Positions 12,512 through 22,761 of a stretch of DNA of 64,000 nt are shown one piece after another; positions within the stretch are counted from its first letter, which is position 1; every line of letters starts with the position of its first letter. Where the stretch lies: positions 320,001 through 384,000 of the forward strand of contig OY970340.1 in assembly GCA_963717465.1 (NCBI GenBank). The letters run 5' to 3'. This DNA is from Candidatus Bathyarchaeota archaeon (GTDB lineage Archaea > Thermoproteota > Bathyarchaeia > Bathyarchaeales > Bathycorpusculaceae). Made by a program: the position numbers and the translations under genes. The notes under the pieces were generated by a model. It did not search any database, was not told the origin of the DNA, and was given only the letters and a program-made list of their open reading frames with translations.

Positions 12512-12922
12512 ATGGAAGTTATGAAAAAAGGGTTTTCAACTTCTATGGAGGGAGAGACGCTCAAAAACACTGACTTCAGATGTGTCCTCTACACGGGAAA
12601 GTACAGTCAACTTGTCTTGATGTGTCTGCAACCAAACGAAGAAATTGGAATGGAAACACATGATTCAGTTGATCAATTCTTCAGATTCGAAAAAGGCGAA
12701 GGAAAAGTGGTCATTGATAAAACCGAGTACAAGGTCAAAGATGGCGATGCAGTAATTGTTCCATCAGGTGCACAGCACAATGTAATAAATACTTCAAAAA
12801 AGCGAAAACTAAAACTCTACACAATCTATTCGCCACCAGAACACGTAGACAAGACAATTCGACACACTAAAGCCGATGCAGAAGCTAAACCAGAAGAGTA
12901 CGATGGAAAGGCAACAGAATAG
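12512..12922 (+). CDS. Cupin-domain protein
   Basis: EEIGMETHDSVDQFFRFEKGEG, VIVPSGAQHNVIN, LYTIYSPPEH. Confidence 0.9.
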   Translation: MEVMKKGFSTSMEGETLKNTDFRCVLYTGKYSQLVLMCLQPNEEIGMETHDSVDQFFRFEKGEGKVVIDKTEYKVKDGDAVIVPSGAQHNVINTSKKRKLKLYTIYSPPEHVDKTIRHTKADAEAKPEEYDGKATE

Positions 12923-12981
12923 GCTCTTCTCACTTTTCTAGAAATAAGAAATAGTAGAACTGCTTACTTGTTCAATCCTTT

Positions 12982-13305
12982 TTAGTCCTCAATGTCTTTC
13001 ATTGTTTCTCTTAATGCCCCAAAGGTTTCCTGAACTGTTCGATTGTCAAGCATGTCTGTGTTCAAGTCTATCGCTTTATTATTTCTCAAAAAATTATCTG
13101 TTATGAAGTCAAGTACAACCCTAACAAAAAGCTTCCACAGTTTAGACATTTGCATATTGTAGATTTCATCATTTGTAAAACCTTCTTCACTTATTCTGCC
13201 TAACAATTCATTTCCTATATCGATTTCTAAGAAGCCTTGCTTTTTCGTTTCATCCAAGAACTCTCTGAAAGTCATATTATAAACGTTCTTGCTTGAACTA
13301 GACAT
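12982..13305 (-). CDS. Hypothetical protein, paralog of 43366-43689
   Basis: Shared MTF.EF.DE.KKQG.LE, EGFT.DE.YNM.MSKLWK, NKAI.LN.D.L.N.TV. Confidence 0.75.
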   Translation of the reverse strand: MSSSSKNVYNMTFREFLDETKKQGFLEIDIGNELLGRISEEGFTNDEIYNMQMSKLWKLFVRVVLDFITDNFLRNNKAIDLNTDMLDNRTVQETFGALRETMKDIED

Positions 13306-13385
13306 GTTATATTTGTTTGTTGGGTTGCTTTTTTAATAATTATTGCATGCCAAAATGGATGCACATTCTTAGATGAGCTTTCCAT

Positions 13386-15236
13386 TCACTTGGCAGGCAA
13401 ACGTAAGGTGAAAGTTGTCCCTTTACCCTCTTGACTATCAAAAGATACGGTGCCATTTAATGCTTCAGTCATACGCTTAACCACTGGCAAACCAAAACCT
13501 TGCCCCTTCGCTTTAGTCGTAAACATTGGTGTAAACAATTTATTCTTGATTTCTTTAGGAATACCAACACCTGTATCCTTAACACTTATAACAAAATAGT
13601 TTTCATCTTTGTAAGCGTGTATTGTCAGACTACCCCCATTGGGCATAGCTTGAACAGCATTATTCACTAAATTGTACATAATACGGTTAATGAAAGTAGA
13701 GTCGGCTACAATGCTCCGAGCGTCAGGTTCAACATTAATGCTGACTTTAATATTCTCAGGCGCACTTGTCTTTGATAGCAACTCTTCAATTATGCCTTTA
13801 ATGTCAGCTTTTTCAATAGAGGGGTTAAGTGGTTTAGAGTAGTCTTGAAGATCGGCTACAATTTTATTAATATAATCAATATTCCTCTCAATTTCCTGAA
13901 TGCTCTCCAAGGAATTCTTTTTCTGATCACTTTCCAAAGTTAATTCCAATTCTGATTTAAGCAAGTATAAATCACCAGTAATAGCCTGCAATGGATTACG
14001 TATATCATGACCTACCATGCCTGCAGTAGCACCAATAGCTGCTAAGCGCTCGGCATCTTTCAACTGCTTGGTGCGTTCATCAACAAGCCTTTCCAAGTGA
14101 TCACGGTATTTCTCAAGCTGCTCTTCAGTTTTCTTGCGTTCGGTAATATTTAGCACATACATACGTATGCGCTGAGCTTTTGGCACGTTGAAGCAGTGCT
14201 GAAGGTACCAGTCATCGCCGATTTTTACCTCACTAACAAAAGTGTTCGCGGTCTTCTCTCGAAATAATTTAACCATCCTTTTCCAGTCGGCAAACAATGG
14301 ATGCTTTAAACCCAATGCTTTAAGGTTAGCAAATTTGGCTTTTGCCGTAGGATTAGCATATTCGACTTTGCCCTCAAAATCTACTTCAATAACAGGGTTA
14401 GGGTTAAGTATTGGAAATGAAGCTAATCTTTTAACTTCTTCTTCAGCTTTCTTGCGTTCTGTAATGTTTCTTGTTATTCCTCGCCAACCCAGTAGTCTAC
14501 CTTTAGCATCAAAGAAGGGAACACCATTAATCTCAACAAAAATCAATCGTCCCTTACTATCATAAGATGGCACTTCTAAACCATTAAATGGCTTAGGATT
14601 ATCGTTCAATTTATTAAATAATAAAAGCATTTCTTCTTTTACTGAATCGGGCATTCTAATAAACACTGTCTTACCAATAATATTCTGAGGTTTAATTCCC
14701 CATAACTTTTCTATTTGAGGACTACAATAGGTAAAGAGTCCCTTATTATCCGCTTCCCAAATTAAGTCACTTGTAGTTTCGATTAAATCCTGATATTTCT
14801 CTTTACTTTCTTTGAGGGCTATTTCTGCTTTCTTGTCTTTTGTAATATCCTTGAATATTACTGCAAACCAGTTTTCCTCTTTTAGAGGTAGAACTGTTGC
14901 TCCAAGCCATTTATCCATACTTATTGAGTATGTCTCAAAACTGACAGCGTTTCCTGATTTAACAGCCTTTTCATAATTTGATAAGTACTCTTTACTTGCT
15001 AATTCAGGTGTGAACTCTGTTACTTTTTTGTCTAATACATTGCGTCTTGTTAAGTTTAATATTTGCTCAAAGAGTTTATTATAACCATGAAGGATGTAAT
15101 CGATGGCTTCTTCTTTATCATTAAAGGCAAGCTCACAGACCTGAACACCTTCACCTAAGGATTCTAAAAGTTTAAGGCAATTATCAAAACTATTTTGGAA
15201 GATATCTTTGATTTGTTTTTCTTCCATAAATCCCAA
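13386..15236 (-). CDS. PAS sensor histidine kinase
   Basis: PAS/PAC units, VGHDIRNPL, NLVNNAVQAM, DTGVGI, GQGFGL. Confidence 0.92.
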   Translation of the reverse strand: MGFMEEKQIKDIFQNSFDNCLKLLESLGEGVQVCELAFNDKEEAIDYILHGYNKLFEQILNLTRRNVLDKKVTEFTPELASKEYLSNYEKAVKSGNAVSFETYSISMDKWLGATVLPLKEENWFAVIFKDITKDKKAEIALKESKEKYQDLIETTSDLIWEADNKGLFTYCSPQIEKLWGIKPQNIIGKTVFIRMPDSVKEEMLLLFNKLNDNPKPFNGLEVPSYDSKGRLIFVEINGVPFFDAKGRLLGWRGITRNITERKKAEEEVKRLASFPILNPNPVIEVDFEGKVEYANPTAKAKFANLKALGLKHPLFADWKRMVKLFREKTANTFVSEVKIGDDWYLQHCFNVPKAQRIRMYVLNITERKKTEEQLEKYRDHLERLVDERTKQLKDAERLAAIGATAGMVGHDIRNPLQAITGDLYLLKSELELTLESDQKKNSLESIQEIERNIDYINKIVADLQDYSKPLNPSIEKADIKGIIEELLSKTSAPENIKVSINVEPDARSIVADSTFINRIMYNLVNNAVQAMPNGGSLTIHAYKDENYFVISVKDTGVGIPKEIKNKLFTPMFTTKAKGQGFGLPVVKRMTEALNGTVSFDSQEGKGTTFTLRLPAK

Positions 15237-15313
15237 TAATTAATTAATTCTGTTTAGGTATTTTATTTTTTAGGTTTAATCTAGTTAATATCTTTATAGA
15301 GCCACAAGTAGAG

Positions 15314-15500
15314 ATGGTTTGAATTGACCATGTTTTAATCCAAGAGAAAATAAAAATAAGTGGTAGAGAGGGAATGGAGATTTTTTCCGCTTGGACTAAA
15401 TGTTAATTCAACCAACATTTTTTTGTAAGGGATATGCATGATCATTTGTAACATTATTTTTTAATAAGAATATGTGACTGCCTTCAAACTACTACTTACT
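15314..15500. repeat. Composite repeat copy 2: hairpin plus linker
   Basis: TTGAATTGACCATGTTTTAATCCAAG..CGCTTGGACTAAATGTTAATTCAACCAACAT, then AATATGTGACTGCCTTCAAACTACTACTTA; colinear with copy 1. Confidence 0.85.
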
Positions 15501-15667
15501 ACCATAGCGCGCTTGCGGCTTTTCAAACTGAAGTTGCCATTAACATAAGCTAAAGCTCTAAAACTATCCCACTTAACCTCAAAAACCCAATCGTTGCTAC
15601 TAAAAATCCTAAGAGGAAGGTTTGGGTAACATTGGTTTATAAAAATGCATAATCGATCAGAAATTAT

Positions 15668-16147
15668 TCAACTGTGTGATTGCTCTTTTACTTCTATATT
15701 ATGTCTTGCAAGAGATCGGTAGGTAGCTGGTTCAATTCTTGAAACCAAAGGGTCTGCTATTCGATGAATAATTCTCCATTCTTCTTTTTCTTGTCTAAAG
15801 ATTGTTGTAGCCCTTAGAGCAATATGAACTATCTCACCTGTATCATCTATTTTAGCATCGAACTGCTCCACCTCTACAACATATCCCAAGTCTTGAGTTG
15901 AAAACTTCACAAGCCTATCCCAGCTTACGTTATATCCTGCTTGGAACCAAGAAGCACGTGAATTCAAGTGATGGATGACTTCTTTTAAACCCACTGAGAT
16001 ACCGCCTTGTGCTCCAAGCAATGAAACGTCCTTTTCGATGGAGAAGAGTTTATCGTAAGGTTCTGGGTTGCCCTTATAGAACTCTTTGACTGCAAGATGT
16101 GTCCTTTCAACCATTTGTTCAAAGTCAGGTATAACCAAATATATCAC
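15668..16147 (-). CDS. NTF2/SnoaL-like protein
   Basis: DLGYVVEVE..LRATTIFRQEKEEWRIIHRIADP. Confidence 0.8.
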   Translation of the reverse strand: MIYLVIPDFEQMVERTHLAVKEFYKGNPEPYDKLFSIEKDVSLLGAQGGISVGLKEVIHHLNSRASWFQAGYNVSWDRLVKFSTQDLGYVVEVEQFDAKIDDTGEIVHIALRATTIFRQEKEEWRIIHRIADPLVSRIEPATYRSLARHNIEVKEQSHS

Positions 16148-16270
16148 AATTAGACAGCTATAGTGCTTGGCACTTCAAGTTATGTGATTGTTCTATGCCT
16201 ACATTGAAGCGTTAGCTATAACAGAGTCTAAGTTATTGCTAGATGTCTCTTTTATAAGATCAAGCTTTCT

Positions 16271-16330
16271 AATTTAATAAGAATATATGACTGCCAGTTT
16301 ACAACTACTTAGCTAAATCTGCCACCACAT
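16271..16330. repeat. Composite repeat copy 3: linker plus zinc-finger gene tail
   Basis: AATAAGAATATATGACTGCC..ACTACTTAGCTAAATCTGCCACCACAT; minus strand reads SVCGGRFS*. Confidence 0.75.
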
Positions 16331-16390
16331 ACAGAAAAGAACACGCTAACCTTAATAGCTAATAATTAACTAGTATATTGAGGTATTATT

Positions 16391-16717
16391 TTGAATAAGA
16401 ATCACCAAGTCATAGCTGATTTTAGCATAATACCAATTGGACACAATGAGACAAGCGTAGGACGCTTCGTTGCAACTGCCGTTAAAGCGTTTAAGAATGT
16501 TAATGGCTTAGATTATGAAATAACTGCTATGGGGACAGTCCTTGGAGCTAAAGATTTGGATACAATTTTTGAAGCTGTTAAACAAGCCCATCAAGCAGTG
16601 ATAGATAAGGGCATTAAAAGAGTAGAATCCACATTAAGGATAGATGATAGAAGAGATAAGGCTCGTACAATTGATGACAAGGTAAAAGCAGTTAATGAAT
16701 ATATCAAACAATCTTAA
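16391..16717 (+). CDS. MTH1187-family (thiamine-binding-like) protein
   Basis: IADFSIIPIG..YEITAMGT..RVESTLRIDDRRDK. Confidence 0.88.
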   Translation: MNKNHQVIADFSIIPIGHNETSVGRFVATAVKAFKNVNGLDYEITAMGTVLGAKDLDTIFEAVKQAHQAVIDKGIKRVESTLRIDDRRDKARTIDDKVKAVNEYIKQS

Positions 16718-16855
16718 TGGTTTAGAAAAAAAGCTTCTAAAGAAAATCCAAGCGCGCGGCGCGCGAATACAAAGAAACGTAACTGTTATTCTACAGTAAC
16801 AAAGATTAAAATCGTCAACTTTTTTATTTAAACATTGATTTTAGGAGGTGAATGC

Positions 16856-17083
16856 ATGCAAGTAACCGAGCCTAAGCAAGAAGGCAATCTAAGCAACGGT
16901 GTCTACGATCTAATGTATCAACTCCTTGAGGAAAATCAGAGCCTTTGGCGAATAAAAAACAACTACAAAAATGATTCCAAAGGTGACCCTGAAGCAAACA
17001 AGTTCTGGAAAAACCTAGGAAAGGATAAAGAAGAACATATCAACCAACTTACGAAACTCTTGGCAAAGAGGATACAGAGTTAA
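16856..17083 (+). CDS. Small helical protein, possibly a half ferritin-like domain
   Basis: YDLMYQLLEENQSLWRI..FWK.L..DKEEHINQL (ExxH-like); GGAGGTG ribosome-binding site. Confidence 0.6.
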   Translation: MQVTEPKQEGNLSNGVYDLMYQLLEENQSLWRIKNNYKNDSKGDPEANKFWKNLGKDKEEHINQLTKLLAKRIQS

Positions 17084-17118
17084 AGCGCGAATCCTTTCTG
17101 ACAACTGTTCGAAGCCTT

Positions 17119-17319
17119 TTAAGGACAAAATGAGATAGCTAAAACATCATCCTTATCCCACTTCAGCTTAGTTTTGCACACAGTGCATTTGAATTCTCTT
17201 TCTTCAAATTCTGAGGAACAAAATGTTTTCATATTCATCGACAATCCAGTATCAACTAAAGCTTTGCACTCACGACATTTTATTAAAAGAGACGGCAACT
17301 TTTCCTTCACTTGAATCAC
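17119..17319 (-). CDS. Small zinc-ribbon protein
   Basis: CREC..CTVC..W; a truncated paralog lies at 12094-12147. Confidence 0.65.
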   Translation of the reverse strand: MIQVKEKLPSLLIKCRECKALVDTGLSMNMKTFCSSEFEEREFKCTVCKTKLKWDKDDVLAISFCP

Positions 17320-17351
17320 CGAAAGGACAATAAGTAGAATAAGTAGAAAAG

Positions 17352-17450
17352 GGTTTGTTTGAATTGACCCACTCTACTGTTATTTTATTTTTTTATAAAA
17401 GTATGTGACTGCTTTCTTGCAATCACTTAGCTAAACCTTCCACCACACAT
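17352..17450. repeat. Composite repeat copy 4 (hairpin body deleted)
   Basis: TTTGAATTGACC left-arm start followed closely by TTTTATAAAAGTATGTGACTGC..ACTTAGCTAAACCTTCCACCACACAT. Confidence 0.75.
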
Positions 17451-17598
17451 TGGACATTCAGCTGGGAACTTGTTCTAATAAATCATAAGCCGATAATGAC
17501 ATAGAAAATAGAAGTAAATGTTGCATTTAGGGCAGTAACTAAAGCCACCAACAGGTTTGCCACATGCATCGCAAGGACGAGCTAAAAAGGTTAACCAT
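17427..17598 (-). pseudogene. Degenerate multi-CxxC (RING-like) zinc-finger microprotein gene
   Basis: Reads ARPCDACGKPVGGFSYCPKCNIYFYFLCHYRLMIY*NKFPAECPMCGGRFS*; in-frame stop and 5' frameshift. Confidence 0.7.
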
Positions 17599-17634
17599 AA
17601 ATGTGCTCATGGACTCATAAGTAAAGTGTTGAAA

Positions 17635-19046
17635 CTACAGCCAAGAACAGTGGAGACATTGATGAAAATAAGGGAAAACTGGAAAGCCGCTTAATCGTTT
17701 GAAACAACAATTTTTCCGCTCGGCAAACACACGACAACGTGCCAGCCTTGAGGTAGCAAAGTTTCCAGTTCCTGTTCGGTTACTAGCCTTTGGCAGTTTT
17801 TGCCATCGGCGCATCCCGCCATTACGCGATATCTTTGTGCTTCGCTCTCTTTTGATTTGCTCAATTTCTCTGTTGATTGAATCTTTAGAAATCATTACGC
17901 ATTCTTGAAACAAATCAATGCCTTCCCTGTAAGCAATCCGTTGTATTGCCTCAGCCTCCAAAGTAATGTTAGGAATGGCTATTGCAGGCTCTTTACCAAC
18001 CCATTCAGCTTCAAGCTGTCCGAGTATGTCCTCAGAAAAGTGTCCTGATTGTCGCAGGTTGTCGATTGCTACCTTTATTCTAATATCATCTTCGCTCGAT
18101 ACAGCCTTAGTTGTTGTGAATTGTAACAGCGGAACAGCTTCTTTGTATTTTTCTCGAAGCTTCTCTATTTCAGGCTGTGAGTATGGGCTTTCCTCTTCTC
18201 TAACTTTGCGACCTCTAATTTTCTTGCCCAATTCGGGTGAATGCCAACCTCTTCCAGTGCAGTTTCAACCATTCGCCTGCCATCATGCCATGTAAAGTGC
18301 ACATTAGCATTTTTTTGATAGTTCCACAATCAAATCACCCATATGATTGTAATTTAGCGGTTAGTAAGGCTTACATATGTTTCTCCAAACTTTATTCTCT
18401 AAGCCTAACCGTCTGCCCATCTTCTTCTCATCCATTCCTTGTAATTCAAGAAGTCACGTTTTACCTCAGGTTCAAGAAGGCTATCTGTCGCACACCTTTG
18501 TATCGTCCTACACCGTTACCTTTCAAAATCTCAGACAGACAACTAATACAAGGCAAATCCTTTATTTCCCAATTATCTTCAAAATACTTGAATTTTAGCT
18601 CAATCATCGTTTCCTTGGCTAAAGCCTACTGTTGACAAAGCTGATTAGCGATTTATCTCTTAGATTTTGAGCATAATCCCACAGTCTCGTAAACCGTCTT
18701 TTGAGGGCTTTCGATGTTCCCTCTGCTGGATTAATGTGATTGCGCCTGATAGTCTTGCTAAATCGCGGTAGCTATGCTTGTAAAAGCTCTTGACGGCTGT
18801 AACCATGTTTACTTTGATAGGATTGGTAAATTGAGGAGTTTCAGCAGTAACAAAATCATCCAAAAGCTGTTCTGCCTCTTTGCTTGCTGGACTATCTTTT
18901 AAAGCAAGCAGTTCTGTCGGGTTCTTTTTAGCCCACCTGCAAAACTCCAACAGATAAAAGCAGTTGGCATTTTTTGATTGCAATTTGCCAACCCAGCGCA
19001 TAACTTGAGAGATTACGTTGCTTCTTGTTATCTTCTCGCCGCCCAA
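17635..19046 (-). pseudogene. Decayed tyrosine recombinase/integrase-like gene
   Basis: Across frames: AVKSFYKHSY, LRDKSLISFVNS, FTWHDGRRMVETALEEVG, IRGRK..SPYSQP..LREKYKEAVPLLQF; several frameshifts and one in-frame TAA; 3' end uncertain. Confidence 0.75.
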
Positions 19047-19202
19047 GAAAATTCACCGTCTGCATAACCTTCAATATAATAATGACCATAACTTTCGTAT
19101 AAACGTGCGATAAACATATTCTTATAAAACAAAGCTTTATATTGAAATTAACGGTTTTAGTGACTACCTATTTGGATTAGAATAGAGAAAAAGGGAATTA
19201 AA

Positions 19203-19598
19203 ATGTCAGTTTGGCATGGCAGTTTGCGCAAAAGAAAACTAACAGGCGGCAAAAAAAGAGCCTACCGAGGGAAGAAAAAGTTTGAGCAGGGCGGATTTGC
19301 AGCTGAAACAATTCTTGGTGAACCGAAAAGGAAAAGCACACGCGGCTTTGGCGGCAACAGTAAAGTCAAAGTGTTAAGCGACAAGTTTGCTTCAGTGACC
19401 GACCCGAAAAGTGGTAAAATCGAAAAAAGCGAAATTTTACGCGTTGCAAAAAACGCAGCTAATGTTGATTATAACCGAAGAGGCGTAATAACAAAAGGCG
19501 CCGAAATTGAAACAGCATTAGGCTTGGCACGTGTCACTTCTCGCCCAGGCATAGACGGCGTAATAAACGCGGTCCTAATAAGCAAAGAGAAAAGCTAA
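19203..19598 (+). CDS. rps8e: 30S ribosomal protein S8e
   Basis: RKRKLTGGK..RRGVITKGAEIET.LG.ARVTSRPG.DGVINAVL. Confidence 0.97.
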   Translation: MSVWHGSLRKRKLTGGKKRAYRGKKKFEQGGFAAETILGEPKRKSTRGFGGNSKVKVLSDKFASVTDPKSGKIEKSEILRVAKNAANVDYNRRGVITKGAEIETALGLARVTSRPGIDGVINAVLISKEKS

Positions 19599-19626
19599 AT
19601 TTCACTGCTGGCTTGCAGCTTCACTT

Positions 19627-19905
19627 TTAATTTTTAGCTAGTTGTTTTGCTATTTTTTGTATTATTTTTTCTTTTGCTTCTTTCTTTTCAACCAGCAGCA
19701 TTCCTGTTGTAGCCCAAGGTGTTCTGGGATAGTGAGCTTCAAGTTTCACCTCGCTTTTTAAGCCTAAGCGATCAGCCGCATCTTTAACTTCGGTGATTTT
19801 GGGTAATTGCACAGCCAAGTTTTTGGGTACTCGTCTTCCATTTTTTCTAGCTTTAGAGCTATCAAAGTATACGGGCCAAATTATTACTTTATCGAGTTTA
19901 CGCAT
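19627..19905 (-). CDS. srp19: Signal recognition particle 19 kDa protein
   Basis: IIWPVYFDS..RKNGRRVPK..HYPRTPW. Confidence 0.93.
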   Translation of the reverse strand: MRKLDKVIIWPVYFDSSKARKNGRRVPKNLAVQLPKITEVKDAADRLGLKSEVKLEAHYPRTPWATTGMLLVEKKEAKEKIIQKIAKQLAKN

Positions 19906-19919
19906 TTTTTCACCTTAAA

Positions 19920-21670
19920 TTACTTGTGGGCGTAATAAGCCACCAATTTCTGATCAACTTCATCTACTTTGGCGAATCCGAACCGTTCAAACTGAATAAT
20001 AGTTTGCGGCTTTAAGTTTTTGCAGGCGCTCTCAGCATACCCTTCAACAATTGATGCATCAGGCATCACCACTTGGCAACTGAACGTTTGCTCGTGTGGT
20101 ATCCACTGTATAAGTTGCGGCTTAATTTTTCTAATTTCCTCATAAGACTCGCTTTCAAACAACGCCTCAACTATGCCGCTTTTTTCGCCCACTATTTTGA
20201 TGTTGAACAATTCCATAAGCCTAACTATTTTATCCTTCTCCATTGCTTGCGCGTCTTTTCTTGAAATCCAAAAACACACAAGCCCATCTTCTTGTTTCGG
20301 CGTTACAGTGTATTCTCTGAATCCTCGTTCAGCTGTTCAGGATGCAACGGCAATTTTGCGTGGAAAGCCTTTGGAACCTGCCTAACTTTTAATTCCACTG
20401 GCTCTGGAACAAAGAAGTATCTGTCGCTTGTGGCGTCAAGGATTTTGCGGTTGTAGGCATACAGGTTTTCCCAGCTTAATGTGACATCGTTTGTTTTTGG
20501 TCCAACGTCGATTATCATTTTTTTGATGGCTTCAGGTGTGATTCCGCGTTTGCGCAAAGCGGCAAAGGTGCCGAGTCGTGGGTCATCAAAGCCTTTGTAG
20601 ATGCCTTCATTTATACCTTGAATAATTTTTGATTTGCTCAGGAATGCCCCTGTTATTTTCAGTCTGCCATAATGAATTGCTTCAGGATACGTCCAACCGA
20701 GATACTGATACATGTATTTTTGCCGAACCATGTTCGTTAAATGTTCTTTACCTCGAATAATATGCGTCATGCCCATCAAATGATCGTCTAACCCAGCTGC
20801 CAAATTATAAAGAGGCCATAGAACGTATTTGCTTCCAACTCTTGGATGAGGATACTTTTTTGTGTCAATAATTCGCAGCGCAGGCCAATCTCTAACTGCA
20901 GGGTTTGGATGATTTAAATCAGTTTTGACTCTCACAACAGCTTGACCCTCAGAGTAACCGCCATTTAACATCTGTTTCCAACGTTCCAAATTCTCCGCAG
21001 AAGCTTTGTCTCGGCAGGGGCATGGTTGCATAGCTATCGTTTTTTTCCTAAACTCTTCTGAGGGGCAAACGCAAACGTAAGCGTTACCATCAGCAATTAG
21101 CTTTTCAGCGTACTCGTAATATATGGGCAATCGGTCACTTTGAATGTACTCTTCATCGATTTTGCAGCCAAGCCACTTCAAGTCTTGCCTGATGCTTTCA
21201 TAGAATTTCAATGATGGCTTCTTTACTTTTGGATCCGTATCTTCAAAGCGCAGAATAAATTTGCCATTGTACATGCGAGCGTACTCGTGGCTTAATATTA
21301 TGGCTCTTGCTGAACCTAAATGTAAGACGCAATCAGGGTTTGGAGAAAAGCGAGTAATCACCTGAGCGTATTTTTCAGCGTTTGGCAATGGTGGCAAACG
21401 TTTCTCTTCGACGTTTTCTTTCTTTTGAGTTTCAGGCCAGTTTTTCTCAATAATGCTTTTTTGCTCTGAAACCGATAGAGCATTGACTTCATTAACAACT
21501 GTTGCGATTACGCTGGATAACTCTTTTACTTTTGACCGGAGCTCCTGTTTTTCGCCTAAGATTTTGCCGACTATTGCTCCTGCCTGAGCCTTGCCGTCGT
21601 GTTGAACTGCATTTAGCAAGACGAGTTTTCGAATAAATTCTCTAAGTTCAGCGTCATTTTCAAGTGCCAA
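19920..21670 (-). CDS. gltX: Glutamate--tRNA ligase (frameshift near 20330)
   Basis: RFSPNPDCVLHLGS, LRFEDTDP, THIIRGKEH, LSKS; C-terminal IQFERFGF in the 19920-20279 fragment. Confidence 0.95.
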
Positions 21671-21686
21671 CTTTTGCGCCTACTGA

Positions 21687-22759
21687 TTACATGGTTCTTT
21701 TAATCAAGAATTCAGCGAATGCTTTTAATTTTTCCTTAGCTTGTGGAGTGGGCAAAAGTTTTTCCACTTCAATCCAGCTTTCTTTGACAATTCTTTCAGC
21801 TGCAAGTTTAGCATCTTCAATGGCGTTATATTTTTGAATCAAAGAGATGGCTTCATCTCGCAAAGCTTGATCCGAACTATGCATGTTAAGAATTTCGACT
21901 AAGTCGTTTCTTATCTGAACTACTGGCTTTTTTGAGTGCATAAAGGATTATTATGGTTCTTTTGCCTTCAGTGATATCCTGCCCGACTCCGCCCTTGTTC
22001 TTGGCAAATTCTTTCCCAGTTAAATCCAGAACATCATCTTGGATTTGAAACGCAACACCGAGGCTTTCAGCGAAACGTCCAAGTTTATCCGTTAACTCGC
22101 GAGTTCCGCCTGCTAAGACTGATGCCATTTTTGCTGCCATACGTGCTAGTGTGCCTGTTTTGTAAGCGCACATTTGAAGATAATCTTCTTCAGCATACTT
22201 CGTCTGCGTTAGCTATGCCTCTGTGCCAAGCTATGTCCATTGCTTGACCCATACTAAGGTTAATCATTTCTTGAACGTAAATCTCGTAAATATCACAAAG
22301 TACTTCTTTGGGCAATTTTACTGTTTTCTGCATCAGTGTTAAGAAAGGCAAATAGTACATTGCGTTGCCAACATTTACTGATATGTCTAAGCCGAAAATC
22401 TTGTATGTGCAAGGTTTTCCGCGGCGCAATTCTGAGGAGTCTTGTATATCATCAATTACGAGAGTGCCGTTGTGGACTACTTCTGGAATTATTGAAAAAT
22501 CGACCCAATAATCAGGATTTTTACCCAACGTTTCGCAAATCAGTAAGAAAAGCGCGGGGCGCCATCTTTTCCCACCTCTATCGAGCATGTCCCAGATTGG
22601 CGTTGCAATAGCTTTATTCAAGGGTTCCAAATTGTAACTGTACATTGGCGGATTAACCTCGAATAAAATCGCGTTTTTTGAGAATTCTCTGGGAAGGTAT
22701 TTTTCAATGGCTTTATCGATTAATGGTGCTTTCTCTTCAAGAAACTTTGCAACGTTCAA
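21687..22759 (-). CDS. idsA: Geranylgeranyl/polyprenyl diphosphate synthase (two frameshifts)
   Basis: GGKRWRP, DDIQDSSELRRG, GQAMDI, YKTG, FQIQDDVLD, DITEGK. Confidence 0.9.
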
Positions 22760-22761
22760 TC

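Noticed and set aside
12175..15418. Hairpins as integron attC sites
   Set aside because: The arms read GTT..AAC rather than RYYYAAC..GTTRRRY, cargo orientation is mixed, and nothing identifies the recombinase as IntI
16753..16765. GC-only near-palindrome CGCGCGGCGCGCG
   Set aside because: Single short occurrence with no tRNA-like or repeated context
12094..17598. Repeat copies as a CRISPR array
   Set aside because: Copies are degenerate, kilobases apart and separated by genes; no cas genes are present
1258..22759. Frameshifts in smc, scpB, gltX and idsA as pseudogenisation or programmed frameshifting
   Set aside because: They are scattered single-base indels in core genes with intact motifs and no shared slippery signal; sequencing error is the simpler explanation
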